A stretch of DNA of 64,000 nucleotides, from the IMG/VR virus record IMGVR_UViG_3300027896_000015; one strand, written 5' to 3'. The stretch comes from an uncultured virus (IMG/VR IMGVR_UViG_3300027896_000015). Lineage: Duplodnaviria; Heunggongvirae; Uroviricota; Caudoviricetes. Each line of letters opens with the position of its first letter. The stretch's first letter is position 1. Below, one piece after another: positions 17,609 to 25,200 of this stretch. The notes beneath the pieces are model-generated. The model was not told the DNA's origin. It ran no database searches and saw only the letters and a list, made by a program, of their open reading frames with translations. The position numbers and the translations under genes were made by a program.

Positions 17609-17804
17609 AAAAATCGAACGGAGAAGGGCGGCGAGGGGGGCGGCCAGGGCGCGTTCGCGCGCGTCCAGCGGGGAGGCGTACATCTTGAGGGCAAGAGAGA
17701 CGTACCGAAGCCGGCATCCGGACGGGATCAGAGGAGGGGCGATAGTGCGGACCTTGGAGGATAAGGCGGCGATCGCGCCGATGATGTTCCGGCTGCTTTT
17801 TTGA
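17592..17804 (+). CDS. small Arg-rich hypothetical protein
   Basis: SD GGAG; coupled to upstream ORF. Confidence 0.5.
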   Translation: MSRLAEKIERRRAARGAARARSRASSGEAYILRARETYRSRHPDGIRGGAIVRTLEDKAAIAPMMFRLLF

Positions 17805-17813
17805 AAAATATGG

Positions 17814-17842
17814 TTGACTTTGGCAGGAATTTGTGGGATCAT
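17814..17842 (+). promoter_or_regulatory. sigma70-like promoter of tRNA cluster 2
   Basis: TTGACT-17-GATCAT; spacer shares GGCAGGAATTT with the cluster-1 promoter. Confidence 0.65.
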
Positions 17843-17870
17843 TCGAGTACAAGTGAATGAGGAAGAACAC

Positions 17871-17944
17871 TGCGGAATAGAGCAATAGTAGCTCGTCGGG
17901 TCCATACCCCGGAGTTCTGGGTGCGAATCCCAGTTCCGCTACCA
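17871..17944 (+). tRNA. initiator-type tRNA-fMet(CAT), C33
   Basis: 1:72 mismatch, three G-C pairs in the anticodon stem, loop TCCATAC, CCA. Confidence 0.85.
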
Positions 17945-17962
17945 GTTTTTGGAGATCGAAGA

Positions 17963-18046
17963 ATGCTGACCGTAGGAACAAAGGCAGTGAAAGCCGCGGG
18001 TGCGACGAAAGTCGCCACCCGGCAGGGGCTTTCCGTCTTTGTCTAA
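17963..18046 (+). CDS. leader peptide 2 (MLTVGTKAVKAAGATKVATRQGLSVFV)
   Basis: SD GGAG at 17951; codons 3-19 are only T/V/G/K/A, matching the downstream tRNAs. Confidence 0.8.
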   Translation: MLTVGTKAVKAAGATKVATRQGLSVFV

Positions 18047-18110
18047 TCGGAACAGACATAGTCGGACAAGAAGGAAGGCCCCGTCGGAAGACGAGGGCCT
18101 TTTTTGTTTT
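17989..18110 (+). promoter_or_regulatory. attenuator 2 (1:2, 2:3 and 3:4 hairpins)
   Basis: GAAAGCC 17989-17995 / GGCTTTC 18027-18033; GGGGCTTTCC 18025-18034 / GGAAGGCCCC 18073-18082; terminator 18075-18110 with GGAA loop and T run. Confidence 0.8.
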
Positions 18111-18144
18111 CAGCGTTTGTCGAAACGGTCGAGAGCAGTGAAAT

Positions 18145-18234
18145 GCAGGCGTGTCCGAACTGATTGAAGGGCTCAGACTCTTAATCTGATTGGCATTAGC
18201 CACGCTGCAGGTTCGAATCCTGCCGCCTGCACCA
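18145..18234 (+). tRNA. tRNA-Lys(CTT) with long variable arm
   Basis: Stem TCAGA/TCTGA, loop CTCTTAA, V-arm TGGC-ATTA-GCCA, CCA. Confidence 0.8.
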
Positions 18235-18243
18235 TGATCGTTT

Positions 18244-18319
18244 AGGCGGATGGCGCAACTGGATGCGCGCCTGGTCTACACCCAGGAGGATGCGGGTTCG
18301 AGTCCCGCTCCGCCTACCA
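18244..18319 (+). tRNA. tRNA-Val(TAC), C33
   Basis: Stem CCTGG/CCAGG, loop TCTACAC, CCA. Confidence 0.85.
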
Positions 18320-18370
18320 AGGAGATGGTCATGCAGAAGAGACTGAAACGGTGCGTCAGACGACAGCCAT

Positions 18371-18446
18371 CCGAGCGTAGCTCAGACGGCAGAGCACCGG
18401 TCTTTTAAACCGGGGCGCGCGGGTTCGATTCCCGCCGCTCGGACCA
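18371..18446 (+). tRNA. tRNA-Lys(TTT)
   Basis: Loop CTTTTAA, CCA. Confidence 0.92.
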
Positions 18447-18478
18447 TCTTTGAACGGATCTTTGACAACAGAATATGC

Positions 18479-18554
18479 GCCAACGTAATTCAAATTGGGA
18501 GAATACTCGGCCCGTACCCGAGATACGAGAGTTCAATTCTCTCCGTTGGCTCCA
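18479..18554 (+). tRNA. tRNA-Thr(CGT), C33
   Basis: Stem CTCGG/CCGAG, loop CCCGTAC, CCA. Confidence 0.85.
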
Positions 18555-18556
18555 AT

Positions 18557-18632
18557 GCGACGGTAACTCAATTGGTAGAGTGCTATCCCTCCAAGTTAGC
18601 TGTTGTGGGTTCAAGTCCCATCCGTCGCTCCA
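18557..18632 (+). tRNA. tRNA-Gly(TCC), C33
   Basis: Loop CCTCCAA, T73, CCA. Confidence 0.85.
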
Positions 18633-18636
18633 CTTC

Positions 18637-18712
18637 GCCGATGTAGCTCAAATGGTAGAGTACCTGACCTGTAATCAGGGGGTTGTCGGATCATGCCCGA
18701 CCATCGGCTCCA
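18637..18712 (+). tRNA. tRNA-Thr(TGT), C33
   Basis: Stem CCTGA/TCAGG, loop CCTGTAA, CCA. Confidence 0.85.
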
Positions 18713-18769
18713 ATTTTGGCTCCAGTATGTCCACAAAACGGGGACATACCGGCAACGCGTTTGTGTTTT

Positions 18770-18844
18770 GGGCCAGTAGCATTAATGGCTAATGCACCTC
18801 GTCCGCACCGAGGATTTTTGTCAGTTCGAATCTGACCTGGTCCA
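18770..18844 (+). tRNA. tRNA-Ala(CGC), C33
   Basis: G3:U70, loop TCCGCAC, no encoded CCA. Confidence 0.85.
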
Positions 18845-18864
18845 CTCATGCTAATGAATCAAAC

Positions 18865-18936
18865 GGGGGCTTGGCCTAGATGGATGGGCGGTGGCTTTGC
18901 AAGCCACATAGGTGGGATCGTTACCCACAGCTTCCA
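18865..18936 (+). tRNA. tRNA-Ala(TGC)
   Basis: Stem GTGGC/GCCAC, loop TTTGCAA, G3:U70, divergent T-loop, no encoded CCA. Confidence 0.75.
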
Positions 18937-18940
18937 TTTC

Positions 18941-19014
18941 GCGGACATGATGTAGTGGCAACATAGATTCTTGCCGAGAATCATTCGTGAGTTCGAACCT
19001 CACTGTCCGCTCCA
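18941..19014 (+). tRNA. tRNA-Gly(GCC)
   Basis: Loop TTGCCGA, T73, CCA. Confidence 0.9.
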
Positions 19015-19081
19015 CGTTCGACGAGATAACGGTTGCACAACGCATCCAGATCGTGGTATAATGCCCGCGAAAGGACGCTAT

Positions 19082-19735
19082 ATGGTCACGCTTCAATTCG
19101 ACGGATGCTGCCTGCCGTACAACCCGGGAGGGATCGCCTGCGGCGGCTTCGTCCTTCTGGACGGCAACAGGGAGATCGCTTCCGGCGCCGAGGTCGTATC
19201 CGAGCACGGGACGAACAACGAGGCCGAATATGCCGGCTTGGAGCTGGGCCTGTGGAAGGCCAAGGAGTTCGGAATCCGCAGAATGGAGGCCGTGGGCGAC
19301 TCCATGCTGGTCGTCATGCAGGTGTCTGGGGAATGGGCCGTCAAGTCGCCGTCGATGGCCGAATGCGTCGGCAGATGCCGGAAGCTGATTAAAGGCTTCA
19401 GCAGCTTCGAGATCGATTGGATCCCCCGCGAGGAGAACCGCCGCGCCGACCGTATTGTGCACAAACGCTGGATGGACGCGTTCGAAAGCAGGAGCCTTGA
19501 TGCCTCCGCGTCCATCGGAGCCGACTGCATGTCTCTGGCGGGAGGCGGAAAGCTCTACGTGGTCGGCAGCCAGCGATATCTGGTCGATCCCAGGAAGCCG
19601 TCATGTTCGTGCCGGGACTTCGAGAACAAGAACCGCTCGCCGCTGCTGGAGCGCAGCCGGCTGGTCGCCAGATGCAAGCATATTTTGGCCGCGCAGAGGG
19701 AGATGAAGGCCGAAACCATCAGGGGGCAGGCTTGA
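19082..19735 (+). CDS. RNase HI-family protein with C-terminal SWIM zinc finger
   Basis: FDG...NPG, TNNEAEY.GL, GDS.LV..Q..G.W, WIPREEN.RAD; CSC.DF...CKH; promoter TTGCAC-18-TATAAT at 19033-19062. Confidence 0.9.
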   Translation: MVTLQFDGCCLPYNPGGIACGGFVLLDGNREIASGAEVVSEHGTNNEAEYAGLELGLWKAKEFGIRRMEAVGDSMLVVMQVSGEWAVKSPSMAECVGRCRKLIKGFSSFEIDWIPREENRRADRIVHKRWMDAFESRSLDASASIGADCMSLAGGGKLYVVGSQRYLVDPRKPSCSCRDFENKNRSPLLERSRLVARCKHILAAQREMKAETIRGQA

Positions 19736-19863
19736 AAATCGATCTTCATTTTCACTATCGCCTCCGCAAAACAGACGCCCAAGACAGGCTCGCCAAGATG
19801 GTCTCGGCCGCCAGGCTTGCCGGACTGGATGCGATCGCTGTCGTCGGGAAGCGGTTTGACGGC
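19732..19863 (+). pseudogene. PHP-domain-like N-terminal fragment truncated by a tnpB element
   Basis: MKIDLHFH...AARLAGLDAIAVV, ending at the element's right end. Confidence 0.5.
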
Positions 19864-21240
19864 GTCAGCTTCTGCCGGGGCTAAAGCCCCGCAGATTGCA
19901 GGCCCAAGGCACCCACAATCGGCCGGCTGACACGGCCTGCCCATAAGGTCTGCCTTCCCCTTTCGGGGGAAGCGGAGGATACGGGGAGATGCGACGTTCT
20001 CGACCACTTCTGCGCGATGTTGATCGCGGCGTTATGGTCGGCGTCCAATTGGACGCCGTCGCTGGCGTAGTACCTGCATCCCCTTCTCACGCCTCGGGCG
20101 ATTCCTCTGGAATCGTCCTGCGACGTGTAGGCGGGGTTAACCGTCTCCACCCTCCTGCCGAGGGATCGTGCCTTGTAGGTCAACATTGTTTTGAACCCGT
20201 AGAAAGGAATCTGCGAAAGCATGTTGTTGTGGCGCCGTCCTTGGCGAACCGTATGCCTCTTGATCTTGGACAGGTCTTCGAGAACCAGCACGTCGGCCCT
20301 CGTCGTCGAGAGAACGGCGTTGGCGAGAAGATGCATCTCGTTCTTGGAGAAGTTACGCTCTTTCCTTCGCATGGCCTTCAGCTTCCTTCTGGCGGAGTGA
20401 GACATGGACTTCTTGGACTGCATCATCCGCTTGTTGTACCGGATGCGTCTTTTGGCGCGCAAAAAGGCGTCCGACTTGAACATCACGCCTTCGCTGGTCA
20501 CGGCCAGCCTGCGCTGGCCGAGATCGATGCCCGCACAGAGAGAGGACTCATGATCAAGGCAGGGGATCTCGAAGCTCATGGCCAGCCAGAACGTTCCTCC
20601 ACGTTCGAAGACGAGCGGATCCAGCATGACGTGCCTGGACATCATCTTGGACAGCCTGGGATACGTATCGATTCTGAATCTCTCCCTCTTGCCTCCGAGT
20701 ACGGAAATTTTGGCGACGTTTCCTGGAAGCATCCTGAAGATGCGGCAGTCGAGCCTCATGGCAAGGTTTGTCATGGACGGAACTTCCTTGACGGATTCTT
20801 TCCACCTTTTGCCTTCGTTGCTTTTGATCGCCTTCCAGGCGGACAAAGCGGCCTGCCTCGCCTTGATGGCGACCTGGGATTTCATTCCTGGAATCCTCAT
20901 GCATTCCTTGTAGGTCCTGGAATGGACGATCTTCTGGTCGAGAATCTTCCTGTCATCCAGATGCTCGAAGATGTATTTGCTGACGATGTCGAAAGCCTGG
21001 CTGTGGGCCGCGAGGGTCTCGTGAAGCTTGGCTTCGACGGGCTTGTCCTCGGCTTCTATTCTGGCAACCCATGTTCTGATGCCTATCTGCATATTATGTT
21101 TATTCTTCAGCGTTCGACGGATTTCCTGCTTGATCTGAAAGATTTTTTGTGTTATTTTTTGTTGTGAAGAACAGGAGAAAGGACATGCGGCGATTTCTCA
21201 GCCAGGGCAGAGACCCTGCGGTATTCTCGCCGAAGATTCG
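19864..21240 (-). mobile_element. IS200/IS605-type tnpB-only element A
   Basis: Both ends homologous to element 45642-47008; TCAT precedes the left end; right end GGGGCTTTAGCCCC hairpin...TGAC. Confidence 0.85.
19881..21092 (-). CDS. tnpB: TnpB (zinc finger absent)
   Basis: AGIDLG, LVLEDL, VNPAYTSQ, LDADHNAAINI. Confidence 0.92.
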   Translation of the reverse strand: MQIGIRTWVARIEAEDKPVEAKLHETLAAHSQAFDIVSKYIFEHLDDRKILDQKIVHSRTYKECMRIPGMKSQVAIKARQAALSAWKAIKSNEGKRWKESVKEVPSMTNLAMRLDCRIFRMLPGNVAKISVLGGKRERFRIDTYPRLSKMMSRHVMLDPLVFERGGTFWLAMSFEIPCLDHESSLCAGIDLGQRRLAVTSEGVMFKSDAFLRAKRRIRYNKRMMQSKKSMSHSARRKLKAMRRKERNFSKNEMHLLANAVLSTTRADVLVLEDLSKIKRHTVRQGRRHNNMLSQIPFYGFKTMLTYKARSLGRRVETVNPAYTSQDDSRGIARGVRRGCRYYASDGVQLDADHNAAINIAQKWSRTSHLPVSSASPERGRQTLWAGRVSRPIVGALGLQSAGL

Positions 21241-21328
21241 ATGAAAACCAGGCTGCATGGTCGGTTCAAGCGAACAAGAACAAGGCCTTGGTTTTCATTT
21301 TGATGAACACGGAAGCAGGAGAATCATC

Positions 21329-21805
21329 ATGAAGAAGAGACACGGGATGAGCGAGGTTCTTTCCAAGACGTTATACGATGAGTTCCCGGCGATCTTCGCC
21401 GAGAAGGACCTGCCGATGTCGGAGACCGCCATGTGCTGGGGCATCCAGTGCGACGACGGGTGGTTCAAGATCATCCGCGAGCTCTGCCTGAAGCTGGACA
21501 TGATTTCGAAGGCGTCTGGAGTCCCGATCGTCGCCACCACCGTCAAGGAGAAGCTGGGCGAGCTGCGGTTCTACATTCGGAACGTGGGCGCGGACAAGAC
21601 CCCGGAACAGAAGCTGTGGCTCTGCATCGCCCATGACGCGATCAGTTCGGCGGGGTGGATAAGTTCGCACGCATGCGAGCTGTGCGGAGAGATGGGGGAT
21701 CTGATGGAAAAGTCGGACAAAAGATGGCTGAAGACCCTGTGCGCCAAGCATGCGAAGTCCGAGGGCTACGTCGAGATCAAGGACAGGGACGAGTCCGCCC
21801 TGTAG
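21329..21805 (+). CDS. phage hypothetical protein
   Basis: CDDGW..II, VKEKLG.LRFY, CELCG, W..TLC..H pattern. Confidence 0.75.
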   Translation: MKKRHGMSEVLSKTLYDEFPAIFAEKDLPMSETAMCWGIQCDDGWFKIIRELCLKLDMISKASGVPIVATTVKEKLGELRFYIRNVGADKTPEQKLWLCIAHDAISSAGWISSHACELCGEMGDLMEKSDKRWLKTLCAKHAKSEGYVEIKDRDESAL

Positions 21806-21819
21806 GGAGGTTAGCCGCC

Positions 21820-22161
21820 ATGAATTATTCGCTCCCGGAAGGATTCGTAAAGGAGCTCGGCTGCACGGTGCGGACATGCGTCGGATGCGGATGCCTCGTC
21901 AGCGGAGGGCCGACGCGCTGCACAAAGTGCGCGAAAGAATTCGAACATAACCGTCACCTGTTGCCCACCGAGGTTGAGCCGATAATTGATAAGGATGAAT
22001 TAAGAAAAGGGAGATACGACCTGTTTGTCACAGCAATGCGAAGGGCGCTGAAGGCGCTCGGCATCAACAACGTGGTGGTCGAACACATCTACCTTCAGTA
22101 TAATCCAAAGAAGAAGTTCTCTTTTAGGGTTTATCGGACCGATGAACGCGGCCAAAAGTAG
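21820..22161 (+). CDS. hypothetical Zn-binding protein
   Basis: CVGCG..CTKC; SD GGAGG. Confidence 0.6.
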   Translation: MNYSLPEGFVKELGCTVRTCVGCGCLVSGGPTRCTKCAKEFEHNRHLLPTEVEPIIDKDELRKGRYDLFVTAMRRALKALGINNVVVEHIYLQYNPKKKFSFRVYRTDERGQK

Positions 22162-22170
22162 CTTAACGGC

Positions 22171-22395
22171 ATGAAGACTTGGTATCGAGCGGTTTGCGAC
22201 GAGCACAAGGAGATGTGCCATATTCTCGTCAGCAATCCGACCTGCGGGGCGCATTTTCTCGGCAAACACGACGCGGATATACAGGCTTGGCTGGAGCTTC
22301 ACGCGAATTGCGAATTGCGTATGGTTCATAGGGACGACCAGCTTGAACCGCTTTTGGGAGCATATGTCGACTGCCCAAGGGACGGCGGGATTTGA
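22171..22395 (+). CDS. hypothetical protein
   Basis: Compact ORF in operon. Confidence 0.6.
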   Translation: MKTWYRAVCDEHKEMCHILVSNPTCGAHFLGKHDADIQAWLELHANCELRMVHRDDQLEPLLGAYVDCPRDGGI

Positions 22396-22407
22396 ATGCG
22401 GCAAGAA

Positions 22408-22484
22408 GGGCACTTAGCTCAGTTGGGAGAGCGTTGCTTCGACACAGCAAAGGTTCACAGGTTCGATCCCTGTAGTGCCCACCA
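22408..22484 (+). tRNA. tRNA-Val(GAC), C33
   Basis: Stem TTGCT/AGCAA, loop TCGACAC, CCA. Confidence 0.9.
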
Positions 22485-22697
22485 ATGGAAGATGTCGTCA
22501 CGGTCGATCGGGAGTTTCTCAGGCACCTTCTGGACTGCCTGAAGAGGCAGAAGTCGCTCGCCAGCCGCTCGGAGTCCGAGGCGGTCGGCAACGAGCAGGA
22601 CGCCATCGACCGCGCGTGGCGGCGCGGGATGAGCATCCTAAGCGGAGGCCAGTCGTCCGATTCGTTTCGATGGAAGGACGACGTTTTCAGCAGATAG
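22485..22697 (+). CDS. hypothetical protein
   Basis: ATG immediately after the tRNA CCA. Confidence 0.5.
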   Translation: MEDVVTVDREFLRHLLDCLKRQKSLASRSESEAVGNEQDAIDRAWRRGMSILSGGQSSDSFRWKDDVFSR

Positions 22698-22709
22698 GCG
22701 GCATGCGCG

Positions 22710-23300
22710 ATGGCTAAGAAGCTTTATTTCCGTCACGGGGCGATGGGAAGCAGCAAGACGGCTAACCTCTTGATGGTAGCCCACAACTACCGCGAGAAGG
22801 GGCAGGAAGTCCTGATCCTGAAGCCGTCCTTGGACACCAGGAGCCCTCCTGGTAAGCTGGCGTCCAGCCTGGGCATCGAGGCCGACGCCGTCGAGATCGG
22901 GATTGACGATTCGGTCGTCGAATTGGTCTCCCGCAGGTGCATTAATCGTCCTCCGGCCTGTATCCTGGTGGACGAGGCCCAGTTCCTTTCCGAGAAGCAG
23001 GTTTCCCACCTCGCGTCCGTTGTTGATTCCATGGATATCCCTGTGATATGCTACGGACTGAGGACTGACTTCCAGGGCAAGCTTTTCGAAGGCAGCGCCG
23101 CCCTGATGGCCATGGCCGACAGCATCGAGGAGATCAAGACGGTATGCTGGTGCGGAAGGAAGGCGTCCTTTAATGCCAGAATCGAGAACGGAAAGGTCGT
23201 CAGGACGGGCCGGCAGATCGAGGTCGGAGGCAGGGACGCTTATGCTTCCCTGTGCCGGAAGCACTGGATGTCGGGGGAACTCGGATGTCAATACCGCTGA
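22710..23300 (+). CDS. tdk: thymidine kinase
   Basis: GAMGSSKT, LVDEAQFL, YGLRTDF.G.LFEGS, Y.SLCRKH. Confidence 0.95.
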   Translation: MAKKLYFRHGAMGSSKTANLLMVAHNYREKGQEVLILKPSLDTRSPPGKLASSLGIEADAVEIGIDDSVVELVSRRCINRPPACILVDEAQFLSEKQVSHLASVVDSMDIPVICYGLRTDFQGKLFEGSAALMAMADSIEEIKTVCWCGRKASFNARIENGKVVRTGRQIEVGGRDAYASLCRKHWMSGELGCQYR

Positions 23301-23536
23301 TGGAACTAAGCTCGCAACAGTTTGCGCGCATCCACGGCTTGGATGCCAAGATGTTCTGGTGCCGGGCGTGCGGCAGCCAGAACACGGTCATCGTGTCGGC
23401 AGACCGACACGGGTTGGGCAATTCAAACAGCTTTTGGTCTGAAGTAGCAGTCTACTGTTGTGACTGTGATCGCAGTCAAAGTGTGCGGGTCAACGGCAGA
23501 CACGTGAGTTTTGACAACGATCCTTTCAGATGCTAG
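23285..23536 (+). CDS. array Zn-ribbon protein
   Basis: CRACG..CCDC..NDPF. Confidence 0.75.
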   Translation: MSIPLMELSSQQFARIHGLDAKMFWCRACGSQNTVIVSADRHGLGNSNSFWSEVAVYCCDCDRSQSVRVNGRHVSFDNDPFRC

Positions 23537-23558
23537 CGGACGACAAGCGGAGGGGCAG

Positions 23559-23798
23559 ATGATGTGGAAGAAAACGCTGTTTTTATGCGGTGGCTGCGGA
23601 AGCCGATCGGGTTCTGTCATGGCTGTTGTCAGGCAGCAGCCGGGACAAAGCCGCCCGTGCATAGTTGTTAAGTGCCAGAACTGCGGCCTGATCTGGGATG
23701 AATTCTTTGACGGCACGACAGGCGAGCCTATTTTTGATGACGCATTAACGGACAAGGAAAAAAGGAATGAAAAGCGCGAAAATATTCGCGGACACTAA
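23559..23798 (+). CDS. array Zn-ribbon protein
   Basis: CGGCG..CQNCG..DDAL. Confidence 0.75.
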   Translation: MMWKKTLFLCGGCGSRSGSVMAVVRQQPGQSRPCIVVKCQNCGLIWDEFFDGTTGEPIFDDALTDKEKRNEKRENIRGH

Positions 23799-24033
23799 CG
23801 GATTGGACGCCGCGATTTTCCAGTGCCAGGTGTGCGGAAACACGGAGACGTTCGTCACGAGCACCTGCTGTTACAATGCTTGCACGCCTGGCGCCAGAAT
23901 GGTCGCCAACGTGCGGTGCCAGGAATGCAAGAAAACGTGGGAAGTTCCGCTGATAGGAGTACCGCTGAATACGGACAGAAGTATGTTTCTGGCAGATCCG
24001 TTCGGCGAAGACGATCAGGGGGCATTCCGATGA
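23767..24033 (+). CDS. array Zn-ribbon protein
   Basis: CQVCG..CQEC..ADPF. Confidence 0.8.
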   Translation: MKSAKIFADTNGLDAAIFQCQVCGNTETFVTSTCCYNACTPGARMVANVRCQECKKTWEVPLIGVPLNTDRSMFLADPFGEDDQGAFR

Positions 24034-24284
24034 TGGACACCAACAAAATGACGCCGCAGGAGTTCGCCGACAAGTACGGCTTTACGTGCGATTTAAAGAT
24101 TTTTTGCTGTTCGAAATGCGGCAGTGACAGAACGCACATGAGCTGGATTAACACCAGTAAAATAAGCCATCAGCAGGCTTGGATCGAATGCGACGACTGC
24201 GGTCACAGACGGAAGCACTATTTTCCGATGTTTGTCTCTGGCAACAAGTATGCAGACAGGTTCCGAGATCCGTTCGAATGTTAG
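24030..24284 (+). CDS. array Zn-ribbon protein
   Basis: CSKCG..CDDCG..RDPF. Confidence 0.8.
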   Translation: MMDTNKMTPQEFADKYGFTCDLKIFCCSKCGSDRTHMSWINTSKISHQQAWIECDDCGHRRKHYFPMFVSGNKYADRFRDPFEC

Positions 24285-24452
24285 CGACCATGCCAGCACG
24301 AATGTTTTGGGCGCCAGGAGAAAACGGATGCCAATGACCATAGTGACGGCGATAGATCCGAAAAGATTTGCGGGCATTGGATGCATTTGAACGACGTGGA
24401 GGATAAGGCCGGGCTTAAGCGCGATCCGTTTTCAAGCCAGGAGCAGACATGA
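24285..24452 (+). pseudogene. decayed array member
   Basis: No usable start; retains CGH.W and RDPF. Confidence 0.5.
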
Positions 24453-24694
24453 CGAAAAATGGCAATATTCTGGATATTTTAGAAGACGGAGCCAAACGCG
24501 CCGCCAAGCAAGGTCCTTTCGGCACCTTGATATTGCTGTGCCCAAAATGCGGAAAGTATTGTGCCAAAATAGTTGAGGACGTATTTGATTCTGAACAAGC
24601 TGTGATATTGGTATGTAACATCTGTGGGTTTCGCCACAGGTATGCACGCACAGACTTTCCTCCTGAGCACACGAACGACGATGCGTTCGAATGA
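24449..24694 (+). CDS. array Zn-ribbon protein
   Basis: CPKCG..CNICG..DDAF. Confidence 0.8.
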   Translation: MTKNGNILDILEDGAKRAAKQGPFGTLILLCPKCGKYCAKIVEDVFDSEQAVILVCNICGFRHRYARTDFPPEHTNDDAFE

Positions 24695-24706
24695 CGGAGA
24701 CACGGC

Positions 24707-24928
24707 ATGACGAAGAAGGATGAGATTCCGGACGACGACGGACGCAGGACTGGTCTGTGCGGATTATTCTGCTTTAAATGCAAGAAGCGCCGCGCCAAGA
24801 TCGTCCGGGACGTCTTCGACGACAACGTGCTGATTCTGGTGTGCGACGAATGCGGATTCCGCTACAGGCACAGGCGCGTAGAGATTCCTCACGAGGACAT
24901 GGATGACGACGAGCTCGACGGCGAATGA
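24707..24928 (+). CDS. array Zn-ribbon protein (close paralog of the previous gene)
   Basis: CFKC..AKIV.DVFD..ILVCDECGFR; acidic tail. Confidence 0.8.
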   Translation: MTKKDEIPDDDGRRTGLCGLFCFKCKKRRAKIVRDVFDDNVLILVCDECGFRYRHRRVEIPHEDMDDDELDGE

Positions 24929-24938
24929 CGGAGGCGGC

Positions 24939-25190
24939 ATGGATTGGACCCTGCAGGATTTTCTCGTGAGGCACGAAGGCGCCCTCAGCGAGGATATGCT
25001 TCGGCGTTTGAGCCGGTGCCGGTCGTGCGGCGGCGGCAACCTGCGCGTTGTTCTTTGCGGAGGATCAGTTTCGCCCGAACGCCAGACATATTCGTTCCAG
25101 ATAGTATGCGGCGACTGCCGGCGCAAGACTGACGTGAATTTCAGCGGCCCTTTGGCCAGCGAGATCATGATGCGCGACAAGTTCGCGTGA
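24939..25190 (+). CDS. array Zn-ribbon protein
   Basis: DFLVRHEG..CRSCG..CGDC..RDKF. Confidence 0.8.
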   Translation: MDWTLQDFLVRHEGALSEDMLRRLSRCRSCGGGNLRVVLCGGSVSPERQTYSFQIVCGDCRRKTDVNFSGPLASEIMMRDKFA

Positions 25191-25200
25191 CGGAGGGAAC

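Noticed and set aside
18244..18319. Reading as an amber suppressor (CTA), implying stop-codon recoding
   Set aside because: Loop geometry gives TAC, and TAG, TGA and TAA all terminate recognisable full-length genes here.
18718..18755. Extra tRNA between Thr-TGT and Ala-CGC
   Set aside because: Only a single hairpin (GTATGTCC/GGACATAC); no cloverleaf.
21185..21244. Possible third leader peptide (MRRFLSQGRDPAVFSPKIR) with a downstream hairpin
   Set aside because: It lies within the left end of tnpB element A (homologous to 45642-45760 on the other strand), and no terminator + tRNA cluster follows.
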